A DNA stretch of 64,000 bases, from the NCBI GenBank assembly GCA_017398545.1, contig JAFQFT010000021.1, positions 95,261 through 159,260 on the forward strand, given 5' to 3'. This document shows, in pieces, positions 42,280 to 51,990 of the stretch. The notes beneath the pieces are model-generated. The model made no database searches, was not told the DNA's origin, and saw only the letters and a list, made by a program, of their open reading frames with translations. Source of the stretch: Bacilli bacterium. GTDB lineage: Bacteria > Bacillota_I > Bacilli_A > ML615J-28 > CAG-313. Each line of letters begins with the position of its first letter. Within the stretch, counting starts at the first letter, position 1. The position numbers and the translations under genes are program-made.

Positions 42280-42831
42280 TTATTTTTCTACAATAGTATA
42301 TTCAATATTATTATCTATACAATAGTTTTTAAACATATCTAATTCATTAGACTCAATTACAGTTATTCTAACATCTTGTTTTTGATTAAACTGAATAATT
42401 ATAAAATTAGTATATTTTTCAATCCAAACTTTGTAATAACTATTAAAAGTTAATTTTAATACATCAGTTTTATCACCATCTTTTGTAGTTATTACTAGAT
42501 CTTTTTTATCAAACTCATATGTCTTATAAACATTTTCTACAGTCTCAAATGATTTTAATTTAAGATTTAAAAGCTCCTTATATGCTTTATTCAATGTGTT
42601 TTTCCATCTAAATATCAGGAATATTCCATATGGAATTGCAAGTAATCCTACAATTAAAATTATTAACTCATGAACCAAAAAGAAATAATTAAATATTGAA
42701 ACAGGACCACCTATAAGCATTATAAGTATCAAAATTCGTATATTTTTACTTTTTTGTAAATTTACGTATTTTATAACTTTTGCTAACATCCTAGTCATTA
42801 AATTCTTATCTATTTTATTTTCAATTTTCAT
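42280..42831 (-). CDS. Small membrane protein, unknown
   Basis: Two N-terminal TM helices; terminator hairpin downstream (GAGTAAG...CTTACTC). Confidence 0.4.
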   Translation of the reverse strand: MKIENKIDKNLMTRMLAKVIKYVNLQKSKNIRILILIMLIGGPVSIFNYFFLVHELIILIVGLLAIPYGIFLIFRWKNTLNKAYKELLNLKLKSFETVENVYKTYEFDKKDLVITTKDGDKTDVLKLTFNSYYKVWIEKYTNFIIIQFNQKQDVRITVIESNELDMFKNYCIDNNIEYTIVEK

Positions 42832-42876
42832 AGATTATTCCTTTCTATACTACATAAATATATCATATATTAATTT

Positions 42877-43230
42877 TTAAATTACTCTAACCTCTATTCC
42901 AACAACTCCATATTTATCAATATCTTCTTTAGAATAATAATTATACATGTCCTCAAAACTTGCAGTTTCATCTTCTTTATATCCTATTGATATTTTATCA
43001 TGGTTATTATAAAGTTCTTCAAATGTTTTATATTTATATAAGTTCTCAACTTTTGTTTTAATTTTATCACCAGTAGAAATATTAGTAAATACAATTACAT
43101 CATTTACTTTTATAGTTGATCTTTTTTCATCATTTAATCTCATCTCAATAGTTTTACAACCATTTTTTATAGAATTAAATGGTGCATCCCATAATTTCAT
43201 ATAATGGATATTAGAAATAGGTTGTTGCAT
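42877..43230 (-). CDS. ASCH (PUA-like) domain protein
   Basis: ~117 aa; EMRLNDEKR...VNDVIVF pattern. Confidence 0.5.
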   Translation of the reverse strand: MQQPISNIHYMKLWDAPFNSIKNGCKTIEMRLNDEKRSTIKVNDVIVFTNISTGDKIKTKVENLYKYKTFEELYNNHDKISIGYKEDETASFEDMYNYYSKEDIDKYGVVGIEVRVI

Positions 43231-43320
43231 AATATGGCTCCTTATTTATTAATAGATATTACTTATTTATATCATATGTTACCAACAAGTATGTTTTTTA
43301 AAATAAGAATTGAGATAAAC

Positions 43321-44280
43321 TTAATTATTATTTTCTTTTATATATTGGTTATATGCTGCAGCTGCTATCATTGCAGCGTTATCTGTACAATATTTAAACT
43401 GTGGAACTGTTAGTTTAATTCCAATTTTATCCATTTCTTCTTGCATTGCACTTCTTAAACCTTTGTTTGCTGCAACACCACCTGCAATAATTACTTGTTT
43501 AACATTATACATTGTAGCAGCTTTTGATGTTTTAGAAACTAATACATCAATAACTGCATTTTGGAAACTTGCTGCAAGATTGTTAGCATCAATTGTTTCA
43601 CCTCTTTGATTTGCATTATGACATAAATTAATTACTGCTGATTTTAGTCCTGAGAAACTAAAGTCAAGTGAATCTTTAGAAAGTTTAATATGTGGAAGTG
43701 GATATGTAGGAGTACCAAGCGAAGCCATTTTATCAATAATGGGGCCACCAGGATAACCAACATTTACTACTCTTGCTACTTTATCGTACGCTTCACCTAC
43801 TGCGTCATCTAGTGTTTCACCTAAGATTTCAAAGTCCATATGGTCTTTCATTAAAACAAGTTCTGTATGTCCACCTGATACAACAAGTGCAAGTAGTGGA
43901 AATGAGAAATCTTCTTCTAGATAGTTTGCATATATATGACCATGAATATGATTTACATAGATAAGTGGTTTATTAAAACATAAACTGATTGTTTTAGCGG
44001 TATTTACTCCCACCATTAAAGATCCAATTAGACCTGGTTCTTTCGTTACCGCAACAGCATCAATATCATCTAGTGTAAGGTTCGCTTGTTTTAACGCATC
44101 ATCTAATACATATGTAATCTTTTTGATATGTTCTCTACTTGCAACCTCTGGTACTACACCCCCATACATTGTATGGATTGCTATTTGAGTATAAACGGTA
44201 TTACTTAAAATTTTTCTACCATCTTCTACTATGGCCATTGCTGTTTCATCACAGCTTGATTCGATTGATAGTATTATCAT
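43321..44280 (-). CDS. tsaD: tRNA N6-adenosine threonylcarbamoyltransferase
   Basis: Kae1/TsaD family; metal-binding HxxGH (NHIHGHIYA). Confidence 0.9.
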   Translation of the reverse strand: MIILSIESSCDETAMAIVEDGRKILSNTVYTQIAIHTMYGGVVPEVASREHIKKITYVLDDALKQANLTLDDIDAVAVTKEPGLIGSLMVGVNTAKTISLCFNKPLIYVNHIHGHIYANYLEEDFSFPLLALVVSGGHTELVLMKDHMDFEILGETLDDAVGEAYDKVARVVNVGYPGGPIIDKMASLGTPTYPLPHIKLSKDSLDFSFSGLKSAVINLCHNANQRGETIDANNLAASFQNAVIDVLVSKTSKAATMYNVKQVIIAGGVAANKGLRSAMQEEMDKIGIKLTVPQFKYCTDNAAMIAAAAYNQYIKENNN

Positions 44281-44708
44281 ATTATTTCCTTCATCATTAC
44301 TAGTGCGTCATCGCCATTTTTATAGTAATGCTTTCTTTTTGATATTACATTAAAATTATTTTTTTTATAAAAGTTTATTCCTTGTTCGTTATTTTCTCTT
44401 ACTTCTAAAATAATTGATAAAGTATTTGGATAACGTTTTAGTAATTCATTAAATAAAAGTGTTCCAATACCACTTCGTTGGTGTGCTTTATCTACAACAA
44501 AGTTTAAGATTTCCATTTCACCTTCTATAACATATGCGCCAATATATCCTAATACTTTTTTATTATCTTTTGCAGTTAAAAAACAAATACTCGTATTATT
44601 AATTTCGTTTTCTAGCATTTCTACACCTAAGGAATCACCTAATAATTCTTCTTCTAAAAGTACTACTTGAGGAATATCTTCTTTAATTAGTCTTTCTATT
44701 TTTATCAT
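44277..44708 (-). CDS. rimI: GNAT acetyltransferase, RimI-like
   Basis: QRSGIGTLLFNELL acetyl-CoA motif; embedded in the tsa operon. Confidence 0.75.
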   Translation of the reverse strand: MIKIERLIKEDIPQVVLLEEELLGDSLGVEMLENEINNTSICFLTAKDNKKVLGYIGAYVIEGEMEILNFVVDKAHQRSGIGTLLFNELLKRYPNTLSIILEVRENNEQGINFYKKNNFNVISKRKHYYKNGDDALVMMKEII

Positions 44709-45289
44709 TAGATACCACTTCTTATATAGTTAGGTGTAAAATCTAGTGTTGATTCTTCTTTAAATAAGCTATATTTAATAATATTTTTAAAAGGATTTGA
44801 TTCAAAGAATTCTTCATTCATTTCTAAAATCTCATAGTCTTGGTAATCTTTAAATGCATCTTCATCTTTGCCGAATGATTCATCTACTATTACATTTAGA
44901 ATATTATTTTCTATATTTACTATTTTATAATAACTGTGATTTTTCTTTGCATCTATTCTTGAAATATATGAACCATTTACCTCTAGTTTAGAAGCTAGGA
45001 TTAAGTCAAGTGATGAAAAACTATATAGTTTCTTATTTTTAATATGAGCAAGTACTTTACCTACTGTTCCTGCAATTCTAAGTCCTGTATATGATCCAGG
45101 ACCACGACCTACATATACTTCCTTTATATCATCAATTTTAACATTATTTTCATTTAAGAATTTATTTAAAAAATCAACTAGTGTTTCAGAGTGATCGTTT
45201 TTACCACTTCTTACAAATGATTTTACATAACTACCATTAATAATACTTAAATATAAATAATTAGTTGAAGAATCAATTAATAATTTCAT
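44708..45289 (-). CDS. tsaB: tRNA threonylcarbamoyladenosine biosynthesis protein TsaB
   Basis: Inactive Kae1 paralog, size and position. Confidence 0.75.
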   Translation of the reverse strand: MKLLIDSSTNYLYLSIINGSYVKSFVRSGKNDHSETLVDFLNKFLNENNVKIDDIKEVYVGRGPGSYTGLRIAGTVGKVLAHIKNKKLYSFSSLDLILASKLEVNGSYISRIDAKKNHSYYKIVNIENNILNVIVDESFGKDEDAFKDYQDYEILEMNEEFFESNPFKNIIKYSLFKEESTLDFTPNYIRSGI

Positions 45290-45770
45290 AATTATTACTC
45301 CTTAATGTTTCCTTAATACTTTCAATATTTGTATCATCATTTAATTCTAATTTAAATAATCTTTCATTTAAAGAAATATTAGTAATTGTAATATGCCAAA
45401 GATTTTCTGGTAATAAGTCATCAATAATATCAGCCCATTCAACAACTGATACACCACCTAAATCAAAGTATTCAGAAAGTGCATCATCACCACTTGAATC
45501 ATTTAATCTATATACATCTAAATGATATAATTTTTCAATATTATTTATATTTATAGTTGGTTCATAGATTTTCATAATTGTAAATGTAGGGCTATTAATT
45601 GTTCTTTTTACACCAAGTGCAAGACCTATTCCTTTTGTAAATGTTGTCTTACCAGCACCTAAGTCACCACGAGCTGCTATTACAAGACTCGGATACATAT
45701 ATTGTGTAAGCAACTTTCCAAGGTTAATCATTGCATCTTGATTTATTACTTTTACTACTACTTCTTTCAT
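45273..45770 (-). CDS. tsaE: tRNA threonylcarbamoyladenosine biosynthesis ATPase TsaE
   Basis: Walker A GDLGAGKTTFTKG. Confidence 0.85.
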   Translation of the reverse strand: MKEVVVKVINQDAMINLGKLLTQYMYPSLVIAARGDLGAGKTTFTKGIGLALGVKRTINSPTFTIMKIYEPTININNIEKLYHLDVYRLNDSSGDDALSEYFDLGGVSVVEWADIIDDLLPENLWHITITNISLNERLFKLELNDDTNIESIKETLRSNNYEIIN

Positions 45771-45779
45771 AGTTTTCTC

Positions 45780-46427
45780 CTAATTATATTCTAAATATTT
45801 TAAAATTCCAAGGTATATCATTAAACACCTATATTCAAGTGTTTTATTTGTGGTCATTATTTTTAAATCCTTTTCATTCGACATAAATCCTAGTTCTACG
45901 ATACATCCAGGAATTATAGCATTATCAGTTATATATTTATCTTTTATAACTTTAGCAAGTCTTTTATTTGTTTTATCTTCTTCTCTAAGGTATGTTTGAA
46001 TATTTTCTGAAAGATTTTTAGATAAACTATTTTTATTACTATAAAAAACTTGAGCACCACTAACCACGCTACTTGGATATTTATTTGCGTGAATTGATAT
46101 ATATAAAATATTTGATTTCTTATTTATTATTTTAAGTCGTTCCTTCATATCACTTACTTTTTCATTAGTAAGAGAATTATCTGTTTTTCTTGTATATATA
46201 ACACTATATCCCGTATTTTCTAACATTCTACCTAAGATAAGACTTGCAGATAGTGTTATATCTTTTTCTAAAGTATTATTAAACACTGCACCACCATCAA
46301 AACCACCATGACCTGCGTCTATACAAATAGTTTTATGAGGAGTTGTTATATATACTGTAAATGATACAAGTAATAGGGTTATTACAATAATAAAAGTTAA
46401 AAATAAAGTTACACGACGTTTTTTCAA
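45780..46427 (-). CDS. N-acetylmuramoyl-L-alanine amidase (Amidase_3, CwlD-like)
   Basis: ICIDAGHGGFDGGAV ... ISIHANK zinc-amidase motifs; N-terminal TM. Confidence 0.75.
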   Translation of the reverse strand: MKKRRVTLFLTFIIVITLLLVSFTVYITTPHKTICIDAGHGGFDGGAVFNNTLEKDITLSASLILGRMLENTGYSVIYTRKTDNSLTNEKVSDMKERLKIINKKSNILYISIHANKYPSSVVSGAQVFYSNKNSLSKNLSENIQTYLREEDKTNKRLAKVIKDKYITDNAIIPGCIVELGFMSNEKDLKIMTTNKTLEYRCLMIYLGILKYLEYN

Positions 46428-46473
46428 TTTAAATCACCAATGTATTTTATTTTTAACTTTTTTAATTTATACA

Positions 46474-47049
46474 TTATTTATTAAATAATTCTTTTAATAA
46501 TGTGTGTAACTCTAATTTTTCATCTTCTGTTAAAGGAGGAAGTACTCCTGTTTCACTAATTATATGAGTACTTACTGTATCAATGTGATAACCAGCTAGT
46601 TTTCCACTGTTTACTTTAATTGTTGTTGGAGCATTAATTCTATCTTTTTCATCATCAACAACATCTTCAAAGTATTCATATAATCCTAAATAATATATTT
46701 TATCTTTTGATTCAGGGTTATCTCTTGCATCTTTAATATTACAATAATATACTTCATCTAAATCTAGCTCTTTACCTACTTCATTTACTTCAGGCATTAA
46801 AGCTTGACACCAAGGACATTCAGGAAAGCCTAAGACAACAACAAATGTTTCTTGATTTGATATTTTTTCTGTAAGTTCTTTTAAAGATAGTTCTTTAATA
46901 ATATGTTTATTATCAGTAATACCTGGATAGTTTTCCATAATTTTATCCTCTTTTTCACATGATGTAACTGCTAGTGTTAGTATTAAACATAACATTATAC
47001 ATAAGACTTTTAATGTTTTCATTTTAGTCCTCCAATTTGAATTTTTCAA
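46474..47049 (-). CDS. Thioredoxin-fold lipoprotein (CPWC active site)
   Basis: Lipobox LAVTSC; FPECPWCQ. Confidence 0.6.
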   Translation of the reverse strand: MKNSNWRTKMKTLKVLCIMLCLILTLAVTSCEKEDKIMENYPGITDNKHIIKELSLKELTEKISNQETFVVVLGFPECPWCQALMPEVNEVGKELDLDEVYYCNIKDARDNPESKDKIYYLGLYEYFEDVVDDEKDRINAPTTIKVNSGKLAGYHIDTVSTHIISETGVLPPLTEDEKLELHTLLKELFNK

Positions 47050-47353
47050 CCCATCCTTCTAACTTATCATCTAATGATTTAAATCCAATATTGTATTCAG
47101 GTACACGGCATTTAATACCTCTTGTTTTGTGTAGTTGTTTATAACTTAGTTTTACTTTTTTGTTTTCTTCATCAATTTCTAAAACTCTTAGTCTAATTTC
47201 TTGACCAACGGATACAAATTCTTTAATTGATTTTACATAGTTATCAGAAAATTCAGATATATGTACAAGTCCTAAATATTCTCCTACACTAACAAATGCG
47301 CCATAGCCTACAATACTAGTAATTTTCGCTATAACGATATCTCCTGGCTGCAT
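47024..47353 (-). CDS. S1 RNA-binding domain protein (YugI/GSP13-like)
   Basis: S1 fold signature GDIVIAKITSIVGYGAFVSVGEYLGLVHISE. Confidence 0.7.
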   Translation of the reverse strand: MQPGDIVIAKITSIVGYGAFVSVGEYLGLVHISEFSDNYVKSIKEFVSVGQEIRLRVLEIDEENKKVKLSYKQLHKTRGIKCRVPEYNIGFKSLDDKLEGWVEKFKLED

Positions 47354-47598
47354 TATAATTCTTCCTCAACTTTTTCTACACCAATTACACCAGGTACTTC
47401 TTCTAACATCATTACTTCAATGCTATTTTTAATTGTATCATCACTACTTGAGCATCCGATACATGCACCTAGTAATTTGATATATACGATACCATCTCTA
47501 AAATCAACAAAATCTAAATCCCCACCATCTTGATTTAAATATGGACGTAATTTTTTAATTACTTTTTTTACTTGTTTGATAATTTCTTCTTGAGTCAT
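47353..47598 (-). CDS. NifU/Nfu-type Fe-S cluster scaffold domain protein
   Basis: LRPYLNQDGGDLDFVDF...LGACIGCSSS. Confidence 0.75.
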   Translation of the reverse strand: MTQEEIIKQVKKVIKKLRPYLNQDGGDLDFVDFRDGIVYIKLLGACIGCSSSDDTIKNSIEVMMLEEVPGVIGVEKVEEEL

Positions 47599-47683
47599 TT
47601 TTATTTACCTCTAAACTAATTTATTTTACTTATATATATTATACTACATTTTGTTAATATTTTGTATTAATTTGGTTTTATTT

Positions 47684-48316
47684 TTAATTTTCTTTCAAAT
47701 TACCAGAAAAATAGTAGATTGGGATACTTCCTTGTAATACTTCAGATACTAAATATATTTTCGTTTCAAGAGTTATATTTTGACTCTTTAGTGGAATAAA
47801 AGCTTCAATTGAGATACATGCTTTAAGATATACTTCAAATAACGTATTATTAATTCCATATTCACTGGTTTCTGTAAAAAGATCTGTTGTATAAGAATAC
47901 ATTGGTGATGTTTCTATTTTAATCTTTGGACCAAAGTTTGCAAATAGTGCTTCACTGCAAAGTTGACCAAGTGGTATTTCTACTTGTCCTAGACGTTCTT
48001 CTATTTGACCATTATTCAAAGAATCACCAATAAGATTAGATACAAGTGCTAAAATTTTATTTACAATAATTGTATCTACATAAACGCCAGTAATATTATT
48101 GTTTTCATCGTATTTATATTTTAAAAAGTTTTCTTCACTTGATAGTGCTGCAACTTCTAAAGATGCCATAGAAAAAATATCACTTGCTGCAAATGTAACG
48201 GCTTGTTCTAAGAATTCATTTGTTCTTTCACTAAAGTAGTTATCTATAGCTTTAATAGCGGTTAATGGTATTAAAATAAATAATAAAAAAATGACAATAA
48301 ATTTAATTTTTTTCAT
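47684..48316 (-). CDS. Secreted/membrane-anchored protein, possibly YunB-like
   Basis: N-terminal TM/signal; weak resemblance only. Confidence 0.3.
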   Translation of the reverse strand: MKKIKFIVIFLLFILIPLTAIKAIDNYFSERTNEFLEQAVTFAASDIFSMASLEVAALSSEENFLKYKYDENNNITGVYVDTIIVNKILALVSNLIGDSLNNGQIEERLGQVEIPLGQLCSEALFANFGPKIKIETSPMYSYTTDLFTETSEYGINNTLFEVYLKACISIEAFIPLKSQNITLETKIYLVSEVLQGSIPIYYFSGNLKEN

Positions 48317-48336
48317 AATAAAAACCTCATAATATT

Positions 48337-49461
48337 TTATTTATTATGAGGTATTTTTATTAATGAAATTGCTTCAGCACCAATGCCTTCTTCTAAAGAT
48401 ATAAGTCCACGTTTATTAAGTGTAGCTGCTTTAACACATACAAAAGATGCACCTGTTATTTCTTTAATGTGTTTAGCCATTTTAACTTTATAATCTTTTA
48501 GATTAGGTTTAATTAAATAAACCATTACATCAATAGACTGAATTTTAATATGTTTTTTATTTAATATTTTAACTACTTCTTTTAAAAAGATGCTTGAATC
48601 ATATCCTTTATATGTAGGATCAGTATCAGGAAACAATGTTCCAAGATCACCTAAACATGCAGCACCAAGTAAACTTTCTGTTACCGCATGTAACACTACA
48701 TCTGCATCACTATGTCCTTTAAGGATCGGATAATCATCAAATGTTATTCCACCTAAAATAAGTTTACCACAATTATCAAATGGATGATAATCAAGAGAAT
48801 GACCTGTTGAATAATTGTGTTTACTAGATAATTCATACTCAATATATTCAATATCTTCTTTTGTTGTAAGTTTTAGGTTATGTGTAGTTTCTTTTATAAA
48901 ACTTATTTCATATATATTTTCAAATAATGTTATTTCATCAGTAATTAATGATTTATTATTTAGTATAGTATTAAATAATGATTTATGAAAGAATTGAGGG
49001 GTTGTTATTGAATATAAATTATCTCTATTTACAAGTTCTATATTATTTGTTACTTTTCTAATTGTATCAGTAACTTGGTGGTACATTGTACCTAGTTTAT
49101 ATCCTTTAGATGCTTCCTTAATATTCTTAATGTCATATATATTAATAAGTGGTCTTGCGGCATCATGGATAAACGCAACATCAGTTGTTACATACTTTAA
49201 TGCACATCTAACACTTTCACAACGAGTTGAACCACCTGTAATTATTTTTACATCAAGCTGTGTATTTTCCATATATTCAGATACTATATCAAAATCATTT
49301 TTTGATACTACTAGAATATATTCATCAAACCCCACTTGATTAAATTTATCTAAGCTATACATAAATAGTGGGGTTTTATTAATTTGATATAAAACTTTAT
49401 TAATTTCAAGGCCACTTCTAGTTCCGCTTCCTGCCATTAATAAAATTAAACTACTCTTCAT
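48337..49461 (-). CDS. ispDF: Bifunctional IspD/IspF (MEP cytidylyltransferase + MEcPP synthase)
   Basis: N-terminal LMAGSGTRSG (IspD); C-terminal HSDADVVLHAVTESLLGAACLGDLGTLFPDTDP (IspF). Confidence 0.85.
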   Translation of the reverse strand: MKSSLILLMAGSGTRSGLEINKVLYQINKTPLFMYSLDKFNQVGFDEYILVVSKNDFDIVSEYMENTQLDVKIITGGSTRCESVRCALKYVTTDVAFIHDAARPLINIYDIKNIKEASKGYKLGTMYHQVTDTIRKVTNNIELVNRDNLYSITTPQFFHKSLFNTILNNKSLITDEITLFENIYEISFIKETTHNLKLTTKEDIEYIEYELSSKHNYSTGHSLDYHPFDNCGKLILGGITFDDYPILKGHSDADVVLHAVTESLLGAACLGDLGTLFPDTDPTYKGYDSSIFLKEVVKILNKKHIKIQSIDVMVYLIKPNLKDYKVKMAKHIKEITGASFVCVKAATLNKRGLISLEEGIGAEAISLIKIPHNK

Positions 49462-50671
49462 CTATATCATCCTTTAATGACTCATTTAATAATTCTTCAA
49501 CTTTATATACTACTGGAGCTATTGAACTTTCTGAAAGTCCTGATAAGATTTCAGCAGATTCTTTTGAAGATAAAATACGATTATTTGTTGCTTCATCACA
49601 TCTAGAAGTTATATGAATAATAGATATATATTCTTCACCTTCTCTTGTTAAGAATAATGCATCTTCAATTGCATTAAAACATACGTTATTGATGTTTAGT
49701 CTAATTTTAATTCTAGTAGGACTTATACTATTAATTGTTCCACTTTGTTCATTATATAATTCACGGTCTTCATCTACAATCATTTCATATACTTCTTTAA
49801 ATGTATATGATTCTTTTTCAAGTCCAACAAACTCTTGGAAACTTTGTGTAGCAAAGAATAATCTTTCTTGATAATCATAATAAAGCGCTACACCTTCTGA
49901 TAAACTCATTAAGATATGTAATACATTTTTATGATTATATAAGTTATTAATTGCAAGATCAAGTTTACCTTTAATGCCAGATATTAAACTTTGTCTATCA
50001 CTATATAAATATACAGCAGTTCCTATTTTTTTATCTTTAAAATATATTGCTTGAATATATCCATTATAATGAGTTGGAAGATCATGTTCTTCTAGTTTAA
50101 GGTCAAGTGTAAACTCATACATTTTATATTTACTTAACACTTCATCTAAGTGTGCAATAAATAATTCTTTATTTGATGTAATAAATTCTTCATCATTAAT
50201 TTTAACTACATCAAGTGCCTCAAACATTAAATACCAACCATTCTTTTTTAAAATTTCTTTTTTAGTTAGTTTAGTCATTTGTGCAAATGATGCACTAGAA
50301 TTAATAATACGATTCTTTTTATCCATTGTGATAAAGAAGTCAATTGTATCATTTTTAAGATGTTCTTCAACTTTTTGTTTAATAGTATTCCCACATAAAT
50401 AGTGATATGTTAATTGACATAATCTTAAAGCAATAATTATTGCAGATAATATTACTATAACATAGAATAATACTTTTTTATCATTACCTAAAAATAATAC
50501 AGCAATTAATAATAATAATTGAACAAGTGATAAATAGTCATACTTTTTAAATACGAAAAATTGAGCTACCATTGTACATACAAGTACTGCAAATAATAAC
50601 GTATAAAATACTATCCCAATTTTTTCTACGTCTTGATATACAAATGCTAATGTATTAATTGTTGTAATCAT
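49451..50671 (-). CDS. Membrane protein (3 TM) with ~300-aa cytoplasmic sensor-like (PAS/GAF-like?) region, directly downstream of cdaA
   Basis: Hydrophobic N-terminus; occupies the position where cdaR is usually found. Confidence 0.35.
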   Translation of the reverse strand: MITTINTLAFVYQDVEKIGIVFYTLLFAVLVCTMVAQFFVFKKYDYLSLVQLLLLIAVLFLGNDKKVLFYVIVILSAIIIALRLCQLTYHYLCGNTIKQKVEEHLKNDTIDFFITMDKKNRIINSSASFAQMTKLTKKEILKKNGWYLMFEALDVVKINDEEFITSNKELFIAHLDEVLSKYKMYEFTLDLKLEEHDLPTHYNGYIQAIYFKDKKIGTAVYLYSDRQSLISGIKGKLDLAINNLYNHKNVLHILMSLSEGVALYYDYQERLFFATQSFQEFVGLEKESYTFKEVYEMIVDEDRELYNEQSGTINSISPTRIKIRLNINNVCFNAIEDALFLTREGEEYISIIHITSRCDEATNNRILSSKESAEILSGLSESSIAPVVYKVEELLNESLKDDIDEE

Positions 50672-50684
50672 TTGTTACCTCTTT

Positions 50685-51476
50685 TTATTGAATAATAATA
50701 TGATTTGTAAGTGATAATCTTAATGCTTCTTCACTTAATTCTCTTGTAATAGTTCCACCTAGTGTAGTTGAAATTTTACCTGATTCTTCTGATACGATTA
50801 CTGTAAATGCATCACTATCTTCACTAATTCCAATTGCAGCACGGTGGCGACTTCCTAGTTCACTACTAATATCTGGCTTATCACTTGGTGTATAGAATGT
50901 TCCAGCACACATAATACGATTTCCTCTAATAATTACAGCCCCATCATGTAAAGCAGTATTTGGGAAGAAAATTGTTTTTAATAGTTCTACTGTTACTTCT
51001 GCATCAAGTTTAACACCTTTTTCAATATATGTGTTTAGATTTTGTGTCTTTTCAATTGTGATTATTGCACCAATTTTTCTTGAAGATAAATATGCTGTTG
51101 CAGCAACAAGTGTATCAATTAATTTTTCTTTTGCACCTTCATCAGTTAAAGCATTTTTTGGCACTTTAACAGGAGCAACATGAGTTCTTGAATTAGTTCT
51201 TTGTTCTTGATTTGTTACTAATAAACAGTTAGTACAAATAATAGTTCCAAGAAATAGTAGTGCGTATTTTAAAATACTTAAATCTAAAATACATACCGTA
51301 ATTCCGGCTAATAAATATACGATCGATATTACTACAGTTTTTGATCTTTTAGTTTTCTTATAAATAAAAACTGCTAACATAACAACTATAAGAATAAAAA
51401 TACCAAGTTCTATTGCTAATTTAACAAAATTAGTTTGGTCATTAATTATTCCTATATTAAATAAAGTTTTAACCAT
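50685..51476 (-). CDS. cdaA: Diadenylate cyclase (c-di-AMP synthase) CdaA
   Basis: N-terminal TMs + DAC domain (ALHDGAVIIRGNRI ... LGSRHRAAIGISE). Confidence 0.85.
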   Translation of the reverse strand: MVKTLFNIGIINDQTNFVKLAIELGIFILIVVMLAVFIYKKTKRSKTVVISIVYLLAGITVCILDLSILKYALLFLGTIICTNCLLVTNQEQRTNSRTHVAPVKVPKNALTDEGAKEKLIDTLVAATAYLSSRKIGAIITIEKTQNLNTYIEKGVKLDAEVTVELLKTIFFPNTALHDGAVIIRGNRIMCAGTFYTPSDKPDISSELGSRHRAAIGISEDSDAFTVIVSEESGKISTTLGGTITRELSEEALRLSLTNHIIIQ

Positions 51477-51477
51477 T

Positions 51478-51990
51478 TTATGATACCTTTCTATTTTTTA
51501 ATAAATTAATTATTTGGTCGTTTTTCTCATCTATTGCGTAATCAAGAGCTGATTGATTTCTTTCATCAACAAGTGAAACATCAACACCTGCTTTAAGTAA
51601 TAACATTACAATTTCACTATATCCTTCTGATACAGCAGTGTGTAATGGTGTTGCTTCAAATTCACCTGATAAATTAATATCTACACCACACTTTATTAAT
51701 TCTTTAACTAAAATAACACGATTATTTTTTACAGCAGCATGTAGTGGTGTATCATAATTATCATCACATATATTTAAGTTAAGTCCACATTTTAATAAGT
51801 ATAAAAATAGTCCTGTAACATTATACTTAACTACATAATGAGCAAGAGTTTTTCCTTTTAAATATTTTGTATTGATATCAAAGCCGTTTGCAAGTTGATT
51901 ACGAATAGTTTTTTTAATTAATGCAAGATGATTCGGATAATCTCTAAAGATATGAATAATACTAATAAACATTTTTTTATTACTAGGCAT
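51478..51990 (-). CDS. Ankyrin-repeat protein (about 4 repeats)
   Basis: Repeats of TPLHxAVxxNxxxxVxxLIxxGxDxN type (GKTLAHYVV..., DTPLHAAVKNNRVILVKELIKCGVDINL, ATPLHTAVSEGYSEIVMLLLKAGVDV). Confidence 0.75.
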   Translation of the reverse strand: MPSNKKMFISIIHIFRDYPNHLALIKKTIRNQLANGFDINTKYLKGKTLAHYVVKYNVTGLFLYLLKCGLNLNICDDNYDTPLHAAVKNNRVILVKELIKCGVDINLSGEFEATPLHTAVSEGYSEIVMLLLKAGVDVSLVDERNQSALDYAIDEKNDQIINLLKNRKVS

